Shown here piece by piece: positions 25,750 through 35,210 of a DNA stretch of 64,000 nt. The translations under genes and the position numbers were made by a program. The stretch's first letter is position 1; every line of letters starts with the position of its first letter. The DNA comes from Chitinophagales bacterium (lineage in GTDB: Bacteria; Bacteroidota; Bacteroidia; Chitinophagales; JADIYW01): NCBI GenBank assembly GCA_019694955.1, contig JAIBAX010000021.1, positions 989 to 64,988 of the forward strand, given 5' to 3'. The notes under the pieces are model-generated. The model worked only from the letters and a program-made list of their open reading frames with translations, ran no database searches and was not told the origin of the DNA.

Positions 25750-26697
25750 TTAAAAAAATCGATTGCCTATTGCATTTTTATCCACAATAACAGTATTGCC
25801 AAAAGCCGTGTTTTTTTTCAAATTTTTTTCAAAAAAAATGTCTAGTCGCCCAATGTTAACTCCGGCCCATCCAACCTGATTTATCAACACTTTTCGGTCT
25901 TCCAAATTCCTGTGTACAGTAGGTTTGTCGAGGAAAGTGTGGGTATGTCCTCCTATGAAAACATCAATGTTTTTAGTGGTTTCAGCAAGATAGATATCTG
26001 AAATTTTCTGATTATCATCATACTTATATCCCAGATGACTTAAGCAAATCACGAGGTGACATTTCTCCTCGTGTCGTAAAAAATCCGCTACTTTCTGAAG
26101 TTTTTCAACAGGATTATTGTACACAATTCCTTCATAATTCTGATCGGGTACCAAGCCGGATAGTTGTATGCCAACACCTGTTATGCCAATCTTAATTCTT
26201 CCCTTTTGTATGATTTTATAAGATGCAATTTTGCCGTTTAGCGCTGAGTTTGTAAAATCATAGTTGCAATTAACAAATGGGAAAAGGGCATGTGGCATTT
26301 GCTTAACCAAGTTCTCGACACCTAAGTCAAAATCATGATTTCCCAATGTCGAAGCATCAAAACCCATTTGGCTCATGAGCTTAAACTCTATTTCTCCCCC
26401 AAAGAAATTAAAATAGGGCGTTCCCTGAAAGATATCTCCGGCATCTAGCAATAATACATTTTTTTCTTCTTCACGTATCTTATTGATTATAGCCGCCCGA
26501 ACAGCAGCCCCACCCATACCGGGAAATGTCTTATGGTCGTCAGGGAAAGGTTCTATTTGACTATGTACGTCATTGGTATGTAGAATGGTCAACTTTTCGA
26601 CACGTTCATTGCCCAGAACATCTAAAGGCAACCCCGTCAAACCAATTGCCATACTGCCCAGCGCAGCTTTGCCGATAAAATCACGTCTATTGAGCAT
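25750..26697 (-). CDS. Metallophosphoesterase (5'-nucleotidase catalytic half), Tat signal
   Basis: It has HTNDVHS, GDIFQG and GNHDFD motifs. I prefer the start MLNRRDFIGKAALGS (twin-arginine) at 26697 to the track start at 26760. Confidence 0.85.
   Translation of the reverse strand: MLNRRDFIGKAALGSMAIGLTGLPLDVLGNERVEKLTILHTNDVHSQIEPFPDDHKTFPGMGGAAVRAAIINKIREEEKNVLLLDAGDIFQGTPYFNFFGGEIEFKLMSQMGFDASTLGNHDFDLGVENLVKQMPHALFPFVNCNYDFTNSALNGKIASYKIIQKGRIKIGITGVGIQLSGLVPDQNYEGIVYNNPVEKLQKVADFLRHEEKCHLVICLSHLGYKYDDNQKISDIYLAETTKNIDVFIGGHTHTFLDKPTVHRNLEDRKVLINQVGWAGVNIGRLDIFFEKNLKKNTAFGNTVIVDKNAIGNRFF
25778..25786. promoter_or_regulatory. Consensus DnaA box TTATCCACA upstream of dnaA
   Basis: This is an exact 9-mer about 90 nt upstream of the dnaA start, inside the 3' end of the upstream gene. 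Confidence 0.5.
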
Positions 26698-27463
26698 TTT
26701 GCACCCTCCCATCTTTAATGACTGAAATATTCCTCCCAGCAGCCGTTTCTTCCTTAACATATTCTATCAGGGCATCCCGGAAGAGTACGCCGGAGTTTTT
26801 TTGCGGTTTCCCTTTCAGGAATTCAAACTTATCACCACCATTGGCTAAATAATCTACCATCGCTACCTGATAATTCCTGCTAGGATCGAAAGGTTTTCCA
26901 TCGATAAGAATTTCTATTGGTTTATTGTCTTTTATCTTAAAGCGGATACCTTCCACCGGCCATCCCCCTTCTGACGCAAGTTTTTCTATTACCGTCTGCG
27001 TAGTTGCACCATCTAACTCAACAATGACAACATAGTTGTCAAAAGGCATTAATTTGTAAATATCTTCTACTTTAATAACACCTTTATTCATGGATGGAAT
27101 GCGGATGCCGCCATAATTGACAATGGAAAAATCAGGTTTAATTCCTAAGTATTTTTCGGCACGATTATACATCACATGTGCACAAAAATTGCCGAGTGTG
27201 GATTCGGGTTTTTCCTTGGTGAGATCCGTTGCCAATTCGCCGATGGCAATCTTCATTTTGCCGTCCAGAATTTCCTTATAAGGTTGATACATTAGCAAAA
27301 TGGAAGAATCTGCACTTATCTTCTGAACTTTTACCAATGTTGGATTTTCTTCAGCAATGGAATAAGTCTTGCAAGCATTGTTCAATAAAAGCAACATACT
27401 GCCCCATAATAGTAGCAACACATTTTTATTAAAAATCCTATGTTTAGAAAAGGTGCTTAACAT
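26687..27463 (-). CDS. 5'-nucleotidase C-terminal (substrate-binding) domain lipoprotein
   Basis: 258 aa with the lipobox NNAC. NYGGIR and YLANGGD motifs are typical of the 5_nucleotid_C domain. It overlaps the downstream metallophosphatase start by 11 nt. Confidence 0.8.
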   Translation of the reverse strand: MLSTFSKHRIFNKNVLLLLWGSMLLLLNNACKTYSIAEENPTLVKVQKISADSSILLMYQPYKEILDGKMKIAIGELATDLTKEKPESTLGNFCAHVMYNRAEKYLGIKPDFSIVNYGGIRIPSMNKGVIKVEDIYKLMPFDNYVVIVELDGATTQTVIEKLASEGGWPVEGIRFKIKDNKPIEILIDGKPFDPSRNYQVAMVDYLANGGDKFEFLKGKPQKNSGVLFRDALIEYVKEETAAGRNISVIKDGRVQNAQ

Positions 27464-27980
27464 CTTCTTTCAAGAAATTGATGGCTAATTGGGAAGGGAA
27501 TTCCTGATTCGTAGATACGAAGTAATCAAAAAGCGTCTTGGTGAGTTCAATGCTATTCGTTTCGCTGGGAACTTTCGCCGCAATAAGGTTGATGAGTTTC
27601 AGCATTTCTTCTTTAGCAGTATTAACCATCAGCCAGGATTCTTTACTGATATATATTTGCTGGGAAATATTGTACTCAAATTCTTCTCTGATGCTCCTGA
27701 TGAGTGCAAGGTGTAACTCGCCGCTATTCATATCTGCCGTTCTCACCCGTTGAATCAGCGAAGTGGGGTGAATGCGTTCCATGAGCATTACCATACGTTC
27801 GTAAGCCTGTAGGCGCAGAGGCAGTGATATTTTTGAGTGCTCTCTGACCAACTCCTGGCGCAAAGAAAATTCTCTTTTCTTGTCCTCCTGATTAAAAAAC
27901 TCGCCTAATAAAAAATACATACCCATCATCACGATTACAGAAGGGACAGTAAATTTTAGTATTTCTAAGAAAGTATCCAT
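27444..27980 (-). CDS. Hypothetical membrane-anchored protein
   Basis: 178 aa with one N-terminal TM helix. No family was recognised. Confidence 0.5.
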   Translation of the reverse strand: MDTFLEILKFTVPSVIVMMGMYFLLGEFFNQEDKKREFSLRQELVREHSKISLPLRLQAYERMVMLMERIHPTSLIQRVRTADMNSGELHLALIRSIREEFEYNISQQIYISKESWLMVNTAKEEMLKLINLIAAKVPSETNSIELTKTLFDYFVSTNQEFPSQLAINFLKEDVKHLF

Positions 27981-28062
27981 TGTTAAAGTATTGTTGTTAC
28001 AAAAATACGTATTTGAAGTCAGGATATTATAAAAAGTAAGAAAAAAAGGTTGATAAGGGTTA

Positions 28063-28238
28063 AACCCAGAAAAAGCGTTCGAAATTTACTGCAAGAAAAT
28101 TCTACTTCATATCTATTTCTGTACTCATTTTTCTGTCCTCAACGTAGTTATACTATGTCTGCGGGAGAAAAATTCCGTGCCTCATAGCTATTTTGTATAA
28201 TTTCCTTTCGTCACAAAGTCCAACGCTTATTCTGGGTT
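28063..28238 (+). mobile_element. MITE-like repeat family A, copy A2 (longest, with both TIRs)
   Basis: The left end is AACCCAGAAAAAGCGTT. The right end is AACGCTTATTCTGGGTT. The two ends match as inverted repeats at 16 of 17 positions. A 67-nt core is identical to the reverse complement of 54146-54212. Confidence 0.65.
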
Positions 28239-28321
28239 AAATGTCAACCTCGAGGGTTGTTTTGTGTCTCACTTTGATTAACCTCGTAGGTTAAATTTTA
28301 TCATTTGAACCAAAATTCTAT

Positions 28322-28329
28322 TATTTTTG
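28322..28329 (+). promoter_or_regulatory. Putative -7 box TATTTTTG
   Basis: A TAnnTTTG match lies about 22 nt upstream of the ATG at 28351. Confidence 0.35.
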
Positions 28330-28350
28330 TTCTGTAATAAAATAGTATTT

Positions 28351-28695
28351 ATGTCTGAAGTCATCAATATACCTGTTAGTGTCACCCTTTCAGCAGTGGA
28401 AGAAATCAGGAACTTAAGAACAAATATGCAAGTGCCTGAGCATGTGCATTTGCGCATTGGCGTGAAAGGCGGCGGTTGTGCGGGATTTTCGTATATCCTT
28501 GGTTTTGACGAAGCAAAAGAGAACGACCACCAATTTGAGGTAGAAGGCTTGAATATCATCGTCGATAAATCTCAAGAGATATATTTATATGGTACAGAGT
28601 TGGATTTTAAAAGTGGCTTAGAAAATCGAGGGTTTATTTTTAACAATCCAAATGCCGAAGAAACTTGTGGATGTGGCAGTTCATTCAAGGCGTAA
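28351..28695 (+). CDS. IscA/HesB-family iron-sulfur cluster insertion protein
   Basis: It has GGGCAGFSY and C-terminal CGCGSSF. The ATG at 28351 (MSEVINIP) is preferred. Confidence 0.9.
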   Translation: MSEVINIPVSVTLSAVEEIRNLRTNMQVPEHVHLRIGVKGGGCAGFSYILGFDEAKENDHQFEVEGLNIIVDKSQEIYLYGTELDFKSGLENRGFIFNNPNAEETCGCGSSFKA

Positions 28696-28717
28696 AATAT
28701 GCCAAGAAAAATGACAA

Positions 28718-29605
28718 CTACTTCCGAATGATGGTAAATTGTCCAAACATCGGTCTGTGATCGGAAAGCCATTCGCCGTTTAGCAAAAATTTTTCGGTTG
28801 GCAACTCAAAATCTGTAAGCATGAGTTCATAATCCTCTGTGCTTCTGTAAAATATCTTATCAACCACCTCACAGTCCGAACCATTGCCACTGCCTTCCTC
28901 ACATAGCAGGCTAATATCATTAAGTTCCGGAAGTATGCCATTTCTTTCATGTTGAACCCAAGCATCTTTAAAGCCTCTATCCAATATAATACGTATGGTA
29001 TCATCGGTTCTGGTATATCTACTATTAAAGTCGCCCATAATTATGACGGGATTCTCGCCTGAATGGGTGTCTACATATTCCATGAGTTGCGCTAGGTTCT
29101 TTCTTCTTGCCCTCATCTCTATCAGCTCACTTCCGGCATTGGCATGCACGTTATAGAAATCGACTAAAAAATTGCCTTTAAAATTAATTCTGGAAAATGT
29201 AAACCCTTTAGGTGTCAGACAGTCTGCAGCGGTACAGTCGTTCCATTGAATCCTTTTGAGGTCGAGGATTTCGTAGTTGGAGAGTGTGTTTAGTCCGTCA
29301 GCAAAAGGCACAGATATAGCTTTTGTAGGCGTTTCATAAGGGTGATTGTCGTGCTTTACGAGGAGCTTGTGATAATTAAAATCCTCTTGAACATGTACAA
29401 TATCATAATCATTGATGCGTTGTCCAATATAAGGTGTGTTTTTTAAAGGGTGTGAACTGGAGAGTCCTTCCGGAAGCCCTGCAATATTATAAGTGAGGAC
29501 AGAAAAAGATAGGGAATCCACCTGCTGGCTATTTCTGGAGGTTTCTTCTTTCTTACAACTTAATAGTGATAGTATTACAATAATAGAAAATACGCTTATT
29601 TTCAT
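28718..29605 (-). CDS. Endonuclease/exonuclease/phosphatase (EEP) family lipoprotein
   Basis: It has VLTYNIAGLP, GDFNSRY and SDHRPM motifs and the lipobox LLSC. The Met at 29605 is preferred. Confidence 0.8.
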   Translation of the reverse strand: MKISVFSIIVILSLLSCKKEETSRNSQQVDSLSFSVLTYNIAGLPEGLSSSHPLKNTPYIGQRINDYDIVHVQEDFNYHKLLVKHDNHPYETPTKAISVPFADGLNTLSNYEILDLKRIQWNDCTAADCLTPKGFTFSRINFKGNFLVDFYNVHANAGSELIEMRARRKNLAQLMEYVDTHSGENPVIIMGDFNSRYTRTDDTIRIILDRGFKDAWVQHERNGILPELNDISLLCEEGSGNGSDCEVVDKIFYRSTEDYELMLTDFELPTEKFLLNGEWLSDHRPMFGQFTIIRK

Positions 29606-29646
29606 AACAGGCACTTTTTTATAAAGATAGAAGAAAAACAAATCCG

Positions 29647-29663
29647 TTTCGCATTTTGCGAAA
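29647..29663 (-). terminator. Weak hairpin after the FkbH-like gene
   Basis: TTTCGCA-ttt-TGCGAAA. Confidence 0.3.
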
Positions 29664-29706
29664 TTAATTTAGCATACGGCGCTCCATTAAGAAAAATGGA
29701 TGGCTA

Positions 29707-31437
29707 TTATTTCCGCAGAATATAATGTTTCTTTGGGAGATAATCGCTTACTGTTAACTTCCATTGTTCCCCCAATGCAGAAAACCCTAATCCTTCATAG
29801 TGATCTTTTACCATACCGTTTTTTGCTGTTGGCAGGTATTCTCCAATTATGGTGTCTACACCTTGCTCTTTCGCCAAATCGACAATTGCATTTAAAACAA
29901 AGTTTTCTACATTGCGCTTCAGGACACGGCAACTCATGATCCATGTATTGATGAAGAATTGCGTATTTTGCTTCTCTAAAAAGATGACAGAAATAAGGCC
30001 ATAGTCGCCATATTTATCTTTTAATGTGAAGGTGAGGCTAAACATATTTTGGTTTTCAACAACATTTCGCTGAACATCTTCCTCAGCATAACGTATCGTT
30101 CTCAGGTTAAACTGATTGGAGCGTTGTGTGAGTTGTGCTACACGTGGTAAAGAAAATTTTGTAACAGGCTCTACGATACATTCCATCTCTAGGTTTTCCA
30201 GAAACTCTTCTTCGTTTGTAAATTTTTGTTGTAAAATGGCTCTTCCGGCTTCTTCCTGGTATTGTTTGGTGCGTTGGTTGTCTTCTTCTGTGAAAGAGAT
30301 CGTCTCAAAAAGATTCAGTGTCCTAAGGTATGGAAGGTATTCGGCGGGATCTTCCGGCAATTCCGGCACAGTAATTTCCGGAATATTCTGTCTTACAATA
30401 TTTCGCTCAAATGGGTTGTCATCTAAAAATACCATCGAATCAAATCCAATATTGAGAATTGATTGAATGTACCGGATATTATCTGCCTTGTTTTCCCAGT
30501 TCGCCACAAAAACGGCAATATCATCTAATCGCAACACCATATCAGGGTGTTTTTCGAAAGGCTCTTTTGCGATATATTCTGTATTCTTACTACACACCGC
30601 CAGAATAATACCTCTTTCTTTAAGTTGTTTTACCCAAAGTTGCAACTCCGTAAAGGCCTTGCCAATGCCAAGGTCGCCAATTTGGATATTTTCAATGCCA
30701 TCATCACCAATAATTCCGCCCCAAGTAGTATTGTCTAAATCAAGGATGATGCATTTTTTAAACCTGCCCAAAAATGGCAAAATGATATCAATAACCATTC
30801 GGGCTACATGTGGAATGAAGTCTATGGAAAAGATAGTATCTGCGGTAATATAAATCTTAGGGTCTGTTATCTGATATCTGCCAAACATTGCCTGGATGTG
30901 ATTGACATCAGCAATAAATAGATTTTTGATCTTTTGTGCCAACAACATCAAATGATAATTGATGGTTCTCAGCTGGAACGGGAAAGAAAAAGATGTCTTA
31001 TTAGCAAAATGCCCAAAAACACTGTCATCCGTTTCCGGGAAGTTGAAAAGGATAATGTTAGTTTTTATATTTTCATTTAAAACCCCTAAAAAATATTCTA
31101 ACTCCGAAAGCCAATTTTGCGCAAATTCCGGCTTCTTCTCTAATGACTTCTTATAGAAAGACTTGTTTAACTTCTGATGAGAATGAAAGATAATGACAAA
31201 TTCAGGCTGAAAATGATAAAGTTCAGAGTCTGTGTCAAGAATTTCTTGTTTTATCTGGTCATATTCGGCCTCATATAAATCTATGGAAAGATTTTCTTGC
31301 AAAGCCATTCCCTTCAGGGCTGTATTCAGGAATTGGGTAGCACTATCTCCCAACAAGGCTATTTTAATTTTCTTAGTGTCGGTTTGGATATTTTTGATGT
31401 TTCTTTTCAATTCTAAAAAAGAAGGTATAGTTCGCAT
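29707..31437 (-). CDS. FkbH-like HAD-IIIC phosphatase domain protein with a C-terminal GNAT-like domain
   Basis: 576 aa. It has the signature ILDLDNTTWGGIIGDDG and CSKN. Confidence 0.85.
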   Translation of the reverse strand: MRTIPSFLELKRNIKNIQTDTKKIKIALLGDSATQFLNTALKGMALQENLSIDLYEAEYDQIKQEILDTDSELYHFQPEFVIIFHSHQKLNKSFYKKSLEKKPEFAQNWLSELEYFLGVLNENIKTNIILFNFPETDDSVFGHFANKTSFSFPFQLRTINYHLMLLAQKIKNLFIADVNHIQAMFGRYQITDPKIYITADTIFSIDFIPHVARMVIDIILPFLGRFKKCIILDLDNTTWGGIIGDDGIENIQIGDLGIGKAFTELQLWVKQLKERGIILAVCSKNTEYIAKEPFEKHPDMVLRLDDIAVFVANWENKADNIRYIQSILNIGFDSMVFLDDNPFERNIVRQNIPEITVPELPEDPAEYLPYLRTLNLFETISFTEEDNQRTKQYQEEAGRAILQQKFTNEEEFLENLEMECIVEPVTKFSLPRVAQLTQRSNQFNLRTIRYAEEDVQRNVVENQNMFSLTFTLKDKYGDYGLISVIFLEKQNTQFFINTWIMSCRVLKRNVENFVLNAIVDLAKEQGVDTIIGEYLPTAKNGMVKDHYEGLGFSALGEQWKLTVSDYLPKKHYILRK

Positions 31438-31603
31438 TAGCTATGTAATATTTGTGGTAAAATTAATGTTTTTTTATGTTTTACCATGACAAGAATAACA
31501 GGATAATTTCCCCAATGAGCCTTTTTTAGAGGCATATTTAAAAAATAATATGTTTAAAACCGCTTTATTAAATCAGGATATTTTTTTGAACTGATTCTAT
31601 TAT

Positions 31604-31611
31604 TACCTTTG
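31604..31611 (+). promoter_or_regulatory. Putative -7 box TACCTTTG
   Basis: A TAnnTTTG match lies about 22 nt upstream of the MBOAT ATG. Confidence 0.35.
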
Positions 31612-31633
31612 TAGCTTAAAGGGAAAACTATTA

Positions 31634-33103
31634 ATGCTTTTTAACACCATTAATTATATATTATTTCTGCCCGTAGTATGTCTATTTTACTACATTATGC
31701 CTGCAAAGATGAGATGGTATGTTCTTCTGGCAGCGAGCATATTTTTCTATTCGTTCTTTGGCTGGGAAAATCTTTTATTATTGATTGGCGTTGGTGGCAT
31801 AAGCTTTTTTACCGGTAAATGGATAGAGAACGCCAAAAAGAAGGAAATTCCTTTGGTGCTTTCTCTATTGCTTTTTTTGGGTTATCTGTTTTTATTTAAG
31901 TATTTCAACTTTTTCAATATTATGATAGCGCGGATATTGGGTTTTGTTGAAATGAAAAACCCTATTCCATTATTGCATTTACTTATGCCGGTAGGGATTT
32001 CCTACTATATTTTTCAAGCGATTGGTTATCATGTCGATATATATTATGGCAAAATAAAGCCTGAAACAAATCCCCTCAAGCTTCAACTGTTTTTCCTGTT
32101 TTTCCCAAAGATATTACAAGGTCCCGTTGAGCGTTCCAGAAACATAATACCACAGTTTGATGAGGCGCACACTTTTTCCTATGAGTCCTTTGTTGACGGC
32201 ATAAGAAGAATCATTTGGGGTATATTTCAGAAAGTAGTTGTTGCAGACAGGATTGCCGTTTTGGTAAGCAATGTATATGTTATGCCATCAGATTTTAAAG
32301 GATTCTCCTTAACGCTTGCGGCAGTTTTATTTACCTTTCAGCTATACTTCGACTTCATGGGATATACGGATATTGCTATTGGAACGGCGAGATTATTTGG
32401 CATAACCATCATGGAAAACTTTAATAAGCCTTTTAGTGCAAAAAACATAACAGAATATTGGAGGCGTTGGCATATTTCTCTATCCACATGGCTCAATGAA
32501 TATCTATTCAATCCGATGGTGATTTCTCTCCGTAACTGGGGAATGTGGGGAACCATTTTTGCAGTATTCTTCACTTTTGTGTTAGCAGGGTTATGGCATG
32601 GCGCCGGAATGACCTTCTTATTCTATGGAGCGTTGCATGGACTGGCTTTGGCGTATGAGATCCTTACAAAAAAACAACGGAAAAAATGGTCTAAGAAAAT
32701 CCCTTCCGCGATTTACAATAATGCTTCTACCTTATTGACATTTATGTATGCCAGTTTCTCTTTGATTCTTTTCAGGGCAAAAGATTTGGCGGAAGTTCGC
32801 TACATTTTCTCTACTATATTTAAGAGTTGGAGCAGCGATTTACACGCCATTTTTCAAGGTGGCATGGACAGTGACAGAGGAAATGTATTGTATTTATATG
32901 CAGGTCAGGATTCATTCTTTATAGTAGTCGGGTTAATCTTTATGATGATGGTGATTGAGCGCATCATAAAAGGCCCTTCTTATAAAATTTTGGCTTTCCC
33001 AAATATCTATGTAAGATGGGCAATATATTTTATTACGCTAGCAATAATTATTACCTTTGGAGTGTTTCATTCAGAAGCCGAATTTATTTATGTCAATTTT
33101 TAA
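31634..33103 (+). CDS. MBOAT family O-acyltransferase (AlgI/DltB-like)
   Basis: 489 aa and polytopic. It has the signature EYWRRWHISLSTWLNEYLFNP and the conserved His in WHGAG. Confidence 0.9.
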   Translation: MLFNTINYILFLPVVCLFYYIMPAKMRWYVLLAASIFFYSFFGWENLLLLIGVGGISFFTGKWIENAKKKEIPLVLSLLLFLGYLFLFKYFNFFNIMIARILGFVEMKNPIPLLHLLMPVGISYYIFQAIGYHVDIYYGKIKPETNPLKLQLFFLFFPKILQGPVERSRNIIPQFDEAHTFSYESFVDGIRRIIWGIFQKVVVADRIAVLVSNVYVMPSDFKGFSLTLAAVLFTFQLYFDFMGYTDIAIGTARLFGITIMENFNKPFSAKNITEYWRRWHISLSTWLNEYLFNPMVISLRNWGMWGTIFAVFFTFVLAGLWHGAGMTFLFYGALHGLALAYEILTKKQRKKWSKKIPSAIYNNASTLLTFMYASFSLILFRAKDLAEVRYIFSTIFKSWSSDLHAIFQGGMDSDRGNVLYLYAGQDSFFIVVGLIFMMMVIERIIKGPSYKILAFPNIYVRWAIYFITLAIIITFGVFHSEAEFIYVNF

Positions 33104-33106
33104 ATA

Positions 33107-34054
33107 ATGAAAAGGCTGTTTATAAAGATTTTTATCGTTCTCAGCATCTTATATGTTGTAGGGTTTTTCTTTCAGCGGTATTGCGATAATTTTTATGCAA
33201 CGCATCTCAATCAGTGTTTTAAACCTTATTGGGTGATGAGTAAAAAAAATCAGCATTATAACTATGGAATAATCGGCTCATCCAGGGCATTGAATATTGT
33301 CAATGTAAAAACTACTGAATTATATGGAAAGAAAGGCGGTATTAACCTCGCTGCCTCCGGCACCGGAATAGCAGAATGCTTCTTAATCTTCTCGGAATTT
33401 ATTGAAAATGGCAATAAACTAGATACATTATTCATTCAAATGGACATATATACATTAAATGCTTCCATCTCTTTCAATAGCCCCTTTCATCCATTCTTAT
33501 ACTTCCCCTTCTTAAATGAAAAAGATGTCCAAGAAGTATATAAGGACAATGTGAGTAAAATGGACTTCTTCATGTGGAAATATATCCCTTATTTTAAGTA
33601 CGCCGAGTTCAATAATTATTATCCTATCTACAAAATGAAGCTGGTAGACAAAATGTGTCCTGTCAGTCCATATGAAGAATATGAAGGTTCAGAGATATTA
33701 ACAGACGAAGATTATGTAGGATTTAAACCCATGCAGAAGAAGTATCATACCGTAAACCCTATGGATAAAAAATATATAGAAAAGTTAGTACAACTCGCCC
33801 AAAAACAAGGCACTGAGGTTATTTTCTTTACCTCACCGGAATTTGCAGAAATAAAACAATTTCAACAAAACCGCGAACAGATGTATGTTGAGATACGAAA
33901 AATTGCAGAAAAATATCATGTTGATTATTATGACTTTACCAATTATAAAGATTTTACCGACAAGTCTTTATTTGGTGATTACCTGCATTTAAATCCCAGA
34001 GGTGTTGAGAAATTCTCTGAATTCTTTGCGGATACCTTACTACAATCTAATTAG
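33107..34054 (+). CDS. DltD/AlgX-like SGNH-fold partner of the MBOAT (putative)
   Basis: 315 aa with an N-terminal TM anchor. It has GIIGSSRA (candidate nucleophile block) and a C-terminal GDYLHLN (DxxH block). It starts 4 nt after the MBOAT gene. Confidence 0.5.
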   Translation: MKRLFIKIFIVLSILYVVGFFFQRYCDNFYATHLNQCFKPYWVMSKKNQHYNYGIIGSSRALNIVNVKTTELYGKKGGINLAASGTGIAECFLIFSEFIENGNKLDTLFIQMDIYTLNASISFNSPFHPFLYFPFLNEKDVQEVYKDNVSKMDFFMWKYIPYFKYAEFNNYYPIYKMKLVDKMCPVSPYEEYEGSEILTDEDYVGFKPMQKKYHTVNPMDKKYIEKLVQLAQKQGTEVIFFTSPEFAEIKQFQQNREQMYVEIRKIAEKYHVDYYDFTNYKDFTDKSLFGDYLHLNPRGVEKFSEFFADTLLQSN

Positions 34055-34064
34055 AGACATATAG

Positions 34065-35210
34065 ATGGCTTCCAATAAAGTTCATTTCAAAGGATTTAAT
34101 GCTATGCGTGCCGTCGCAGCTTTGGCGGTGGTGGTAGTACATACATTTGAATTCAGACATTTAATTGGATTCCCTAAAGAGGAGATGTTTTTGTTTACAA
34201 ACTTAGAGCACCTTTCGTTTCTTGCAGTGGTATTTTTCTTTGCACTGAGCGGATTCTTAATCACTTACCTCCTTTTGGTAGAAAAAGAAAAATACAACAC
34301 CGTAGCTGTAAAGCAGTTCTACCTTCGTAGGGTATTGCGCATTTGGCCGCTGTATTACTTCCTGCTTGTTTTCACCTTTGTCATCATTCCATTCATTCCG
34401 GGCATGGTTCCGGAACAAAAAAACCTCCCATTACAACTGCTATTATATGGTACTTTTTTCGCCAATTTGGCTTATATCCTAGGTTTATTCACCAGCACTA
34501 TCGCCGTAACTTGGTCGGTGGCTGTTGAAGAACAGTTTTACCTCATCTGGCCTCTGTTGTCAAAATTTACTACCAATTTCTATAGAATGGCGGTATCGGT
34601 GATTTTCTTTTATATCGGTATAAAATTTTCCTTGTTTGCCACTGAAAGGTTTATTTTTCCAAAGAGTTATTTTTGGGAAATCCTCTTTCAATTTGTAGAA
34701 ATTACCAAGATAGATTGTATGGCAATAGGCGCATTAGGTGCCATATATCTCTATAAAAATGGTACAGAAAGGTTAAAACGCATCAATAAAGTATTTGTAA
34801 TATCTTTTCTGATATTTGCTCTCCTGATATGTATTCTTGATATAAGAACATTGCTAAATAAGGTTTATTTGGGACAGTTGTATAACGAAATTTATGCAGT
34901 AATCTTTACCATAGTTTTATTATTAATCAGTTCGAGAGAACGGCTTGCGAACTTATTGGAGAACAAGGTTACCATATTTCTGGGGAATATATCATACGGT
35001 ATATACATGTTACACATGATTGTCGTCGTTTTATTAGCTCATTTAGTCAAAGAATATATTCATCTACAAGCGAGTTTCATGAATTTTGTCCTTTTTGAAA
35101 TGGCTGTATGCATCGTTACCATTTTTGTATCTTGGCTGTCATATGAGTATTTTGAAAAGAAATTCTTAGCCCTTAAAAAGCGATTCACCAAAATTCAAAG
35201 CGGTTATTAA
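34065..35210 (+). CDS. Acyltransferase family 3 (OafA/YrhL-like) membrane O-acyltransferase
   Basis: 381 aa with about 10 TM segments. It has FKGFNAMRAVAALAVVVVH and the WSVAVEEQFY motif. Confidence 0.85.
   Translation: MASNKVHFKGFNAMRAVAALAVVVVHTFEFRHLIGFPKEEMFLFTNLEHLSFLAVVFFFALSGFLITYLLLVEKEKYNTVAVKQFYLRRVLRIWPLYYFLLVFTFVIIPFIPGMVPEQKNLPLQLLLYGTFFANLAYILGLFTSTIAVTWSVAVEEQFYLIWPLLSKFTTNFYRMAVSVIFFYIGIKFSLFATERFIFPKSYFWEILFQFVEITKIDCMAIGALGAIYLYKNGTERLKRINKVFVISFLIFALLICILDIRTLLNKVYLGQLYNEIYAVIFTIVLLLISSRERLANLLENKVTIFLGNISYGIYMLHMIVVVLLAHLVKEYIHLQASFMNFVLFEMAVCIVTIFVSWLSYEYFEKKFLALKKRFTKIQSGY

Noticed and set aside
31455-31486. 8-bp inverted repeat (TGGTAAAA...TTTTACCA) in the FkbH/MBOAT divergent region, as a possible invertible-promoter boundary
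   Set aside because: The arms are only 16 nt apart, too close to flank a promoter. No recombinase gene is nearby. It is most likely a chance AT-rich hairpin.
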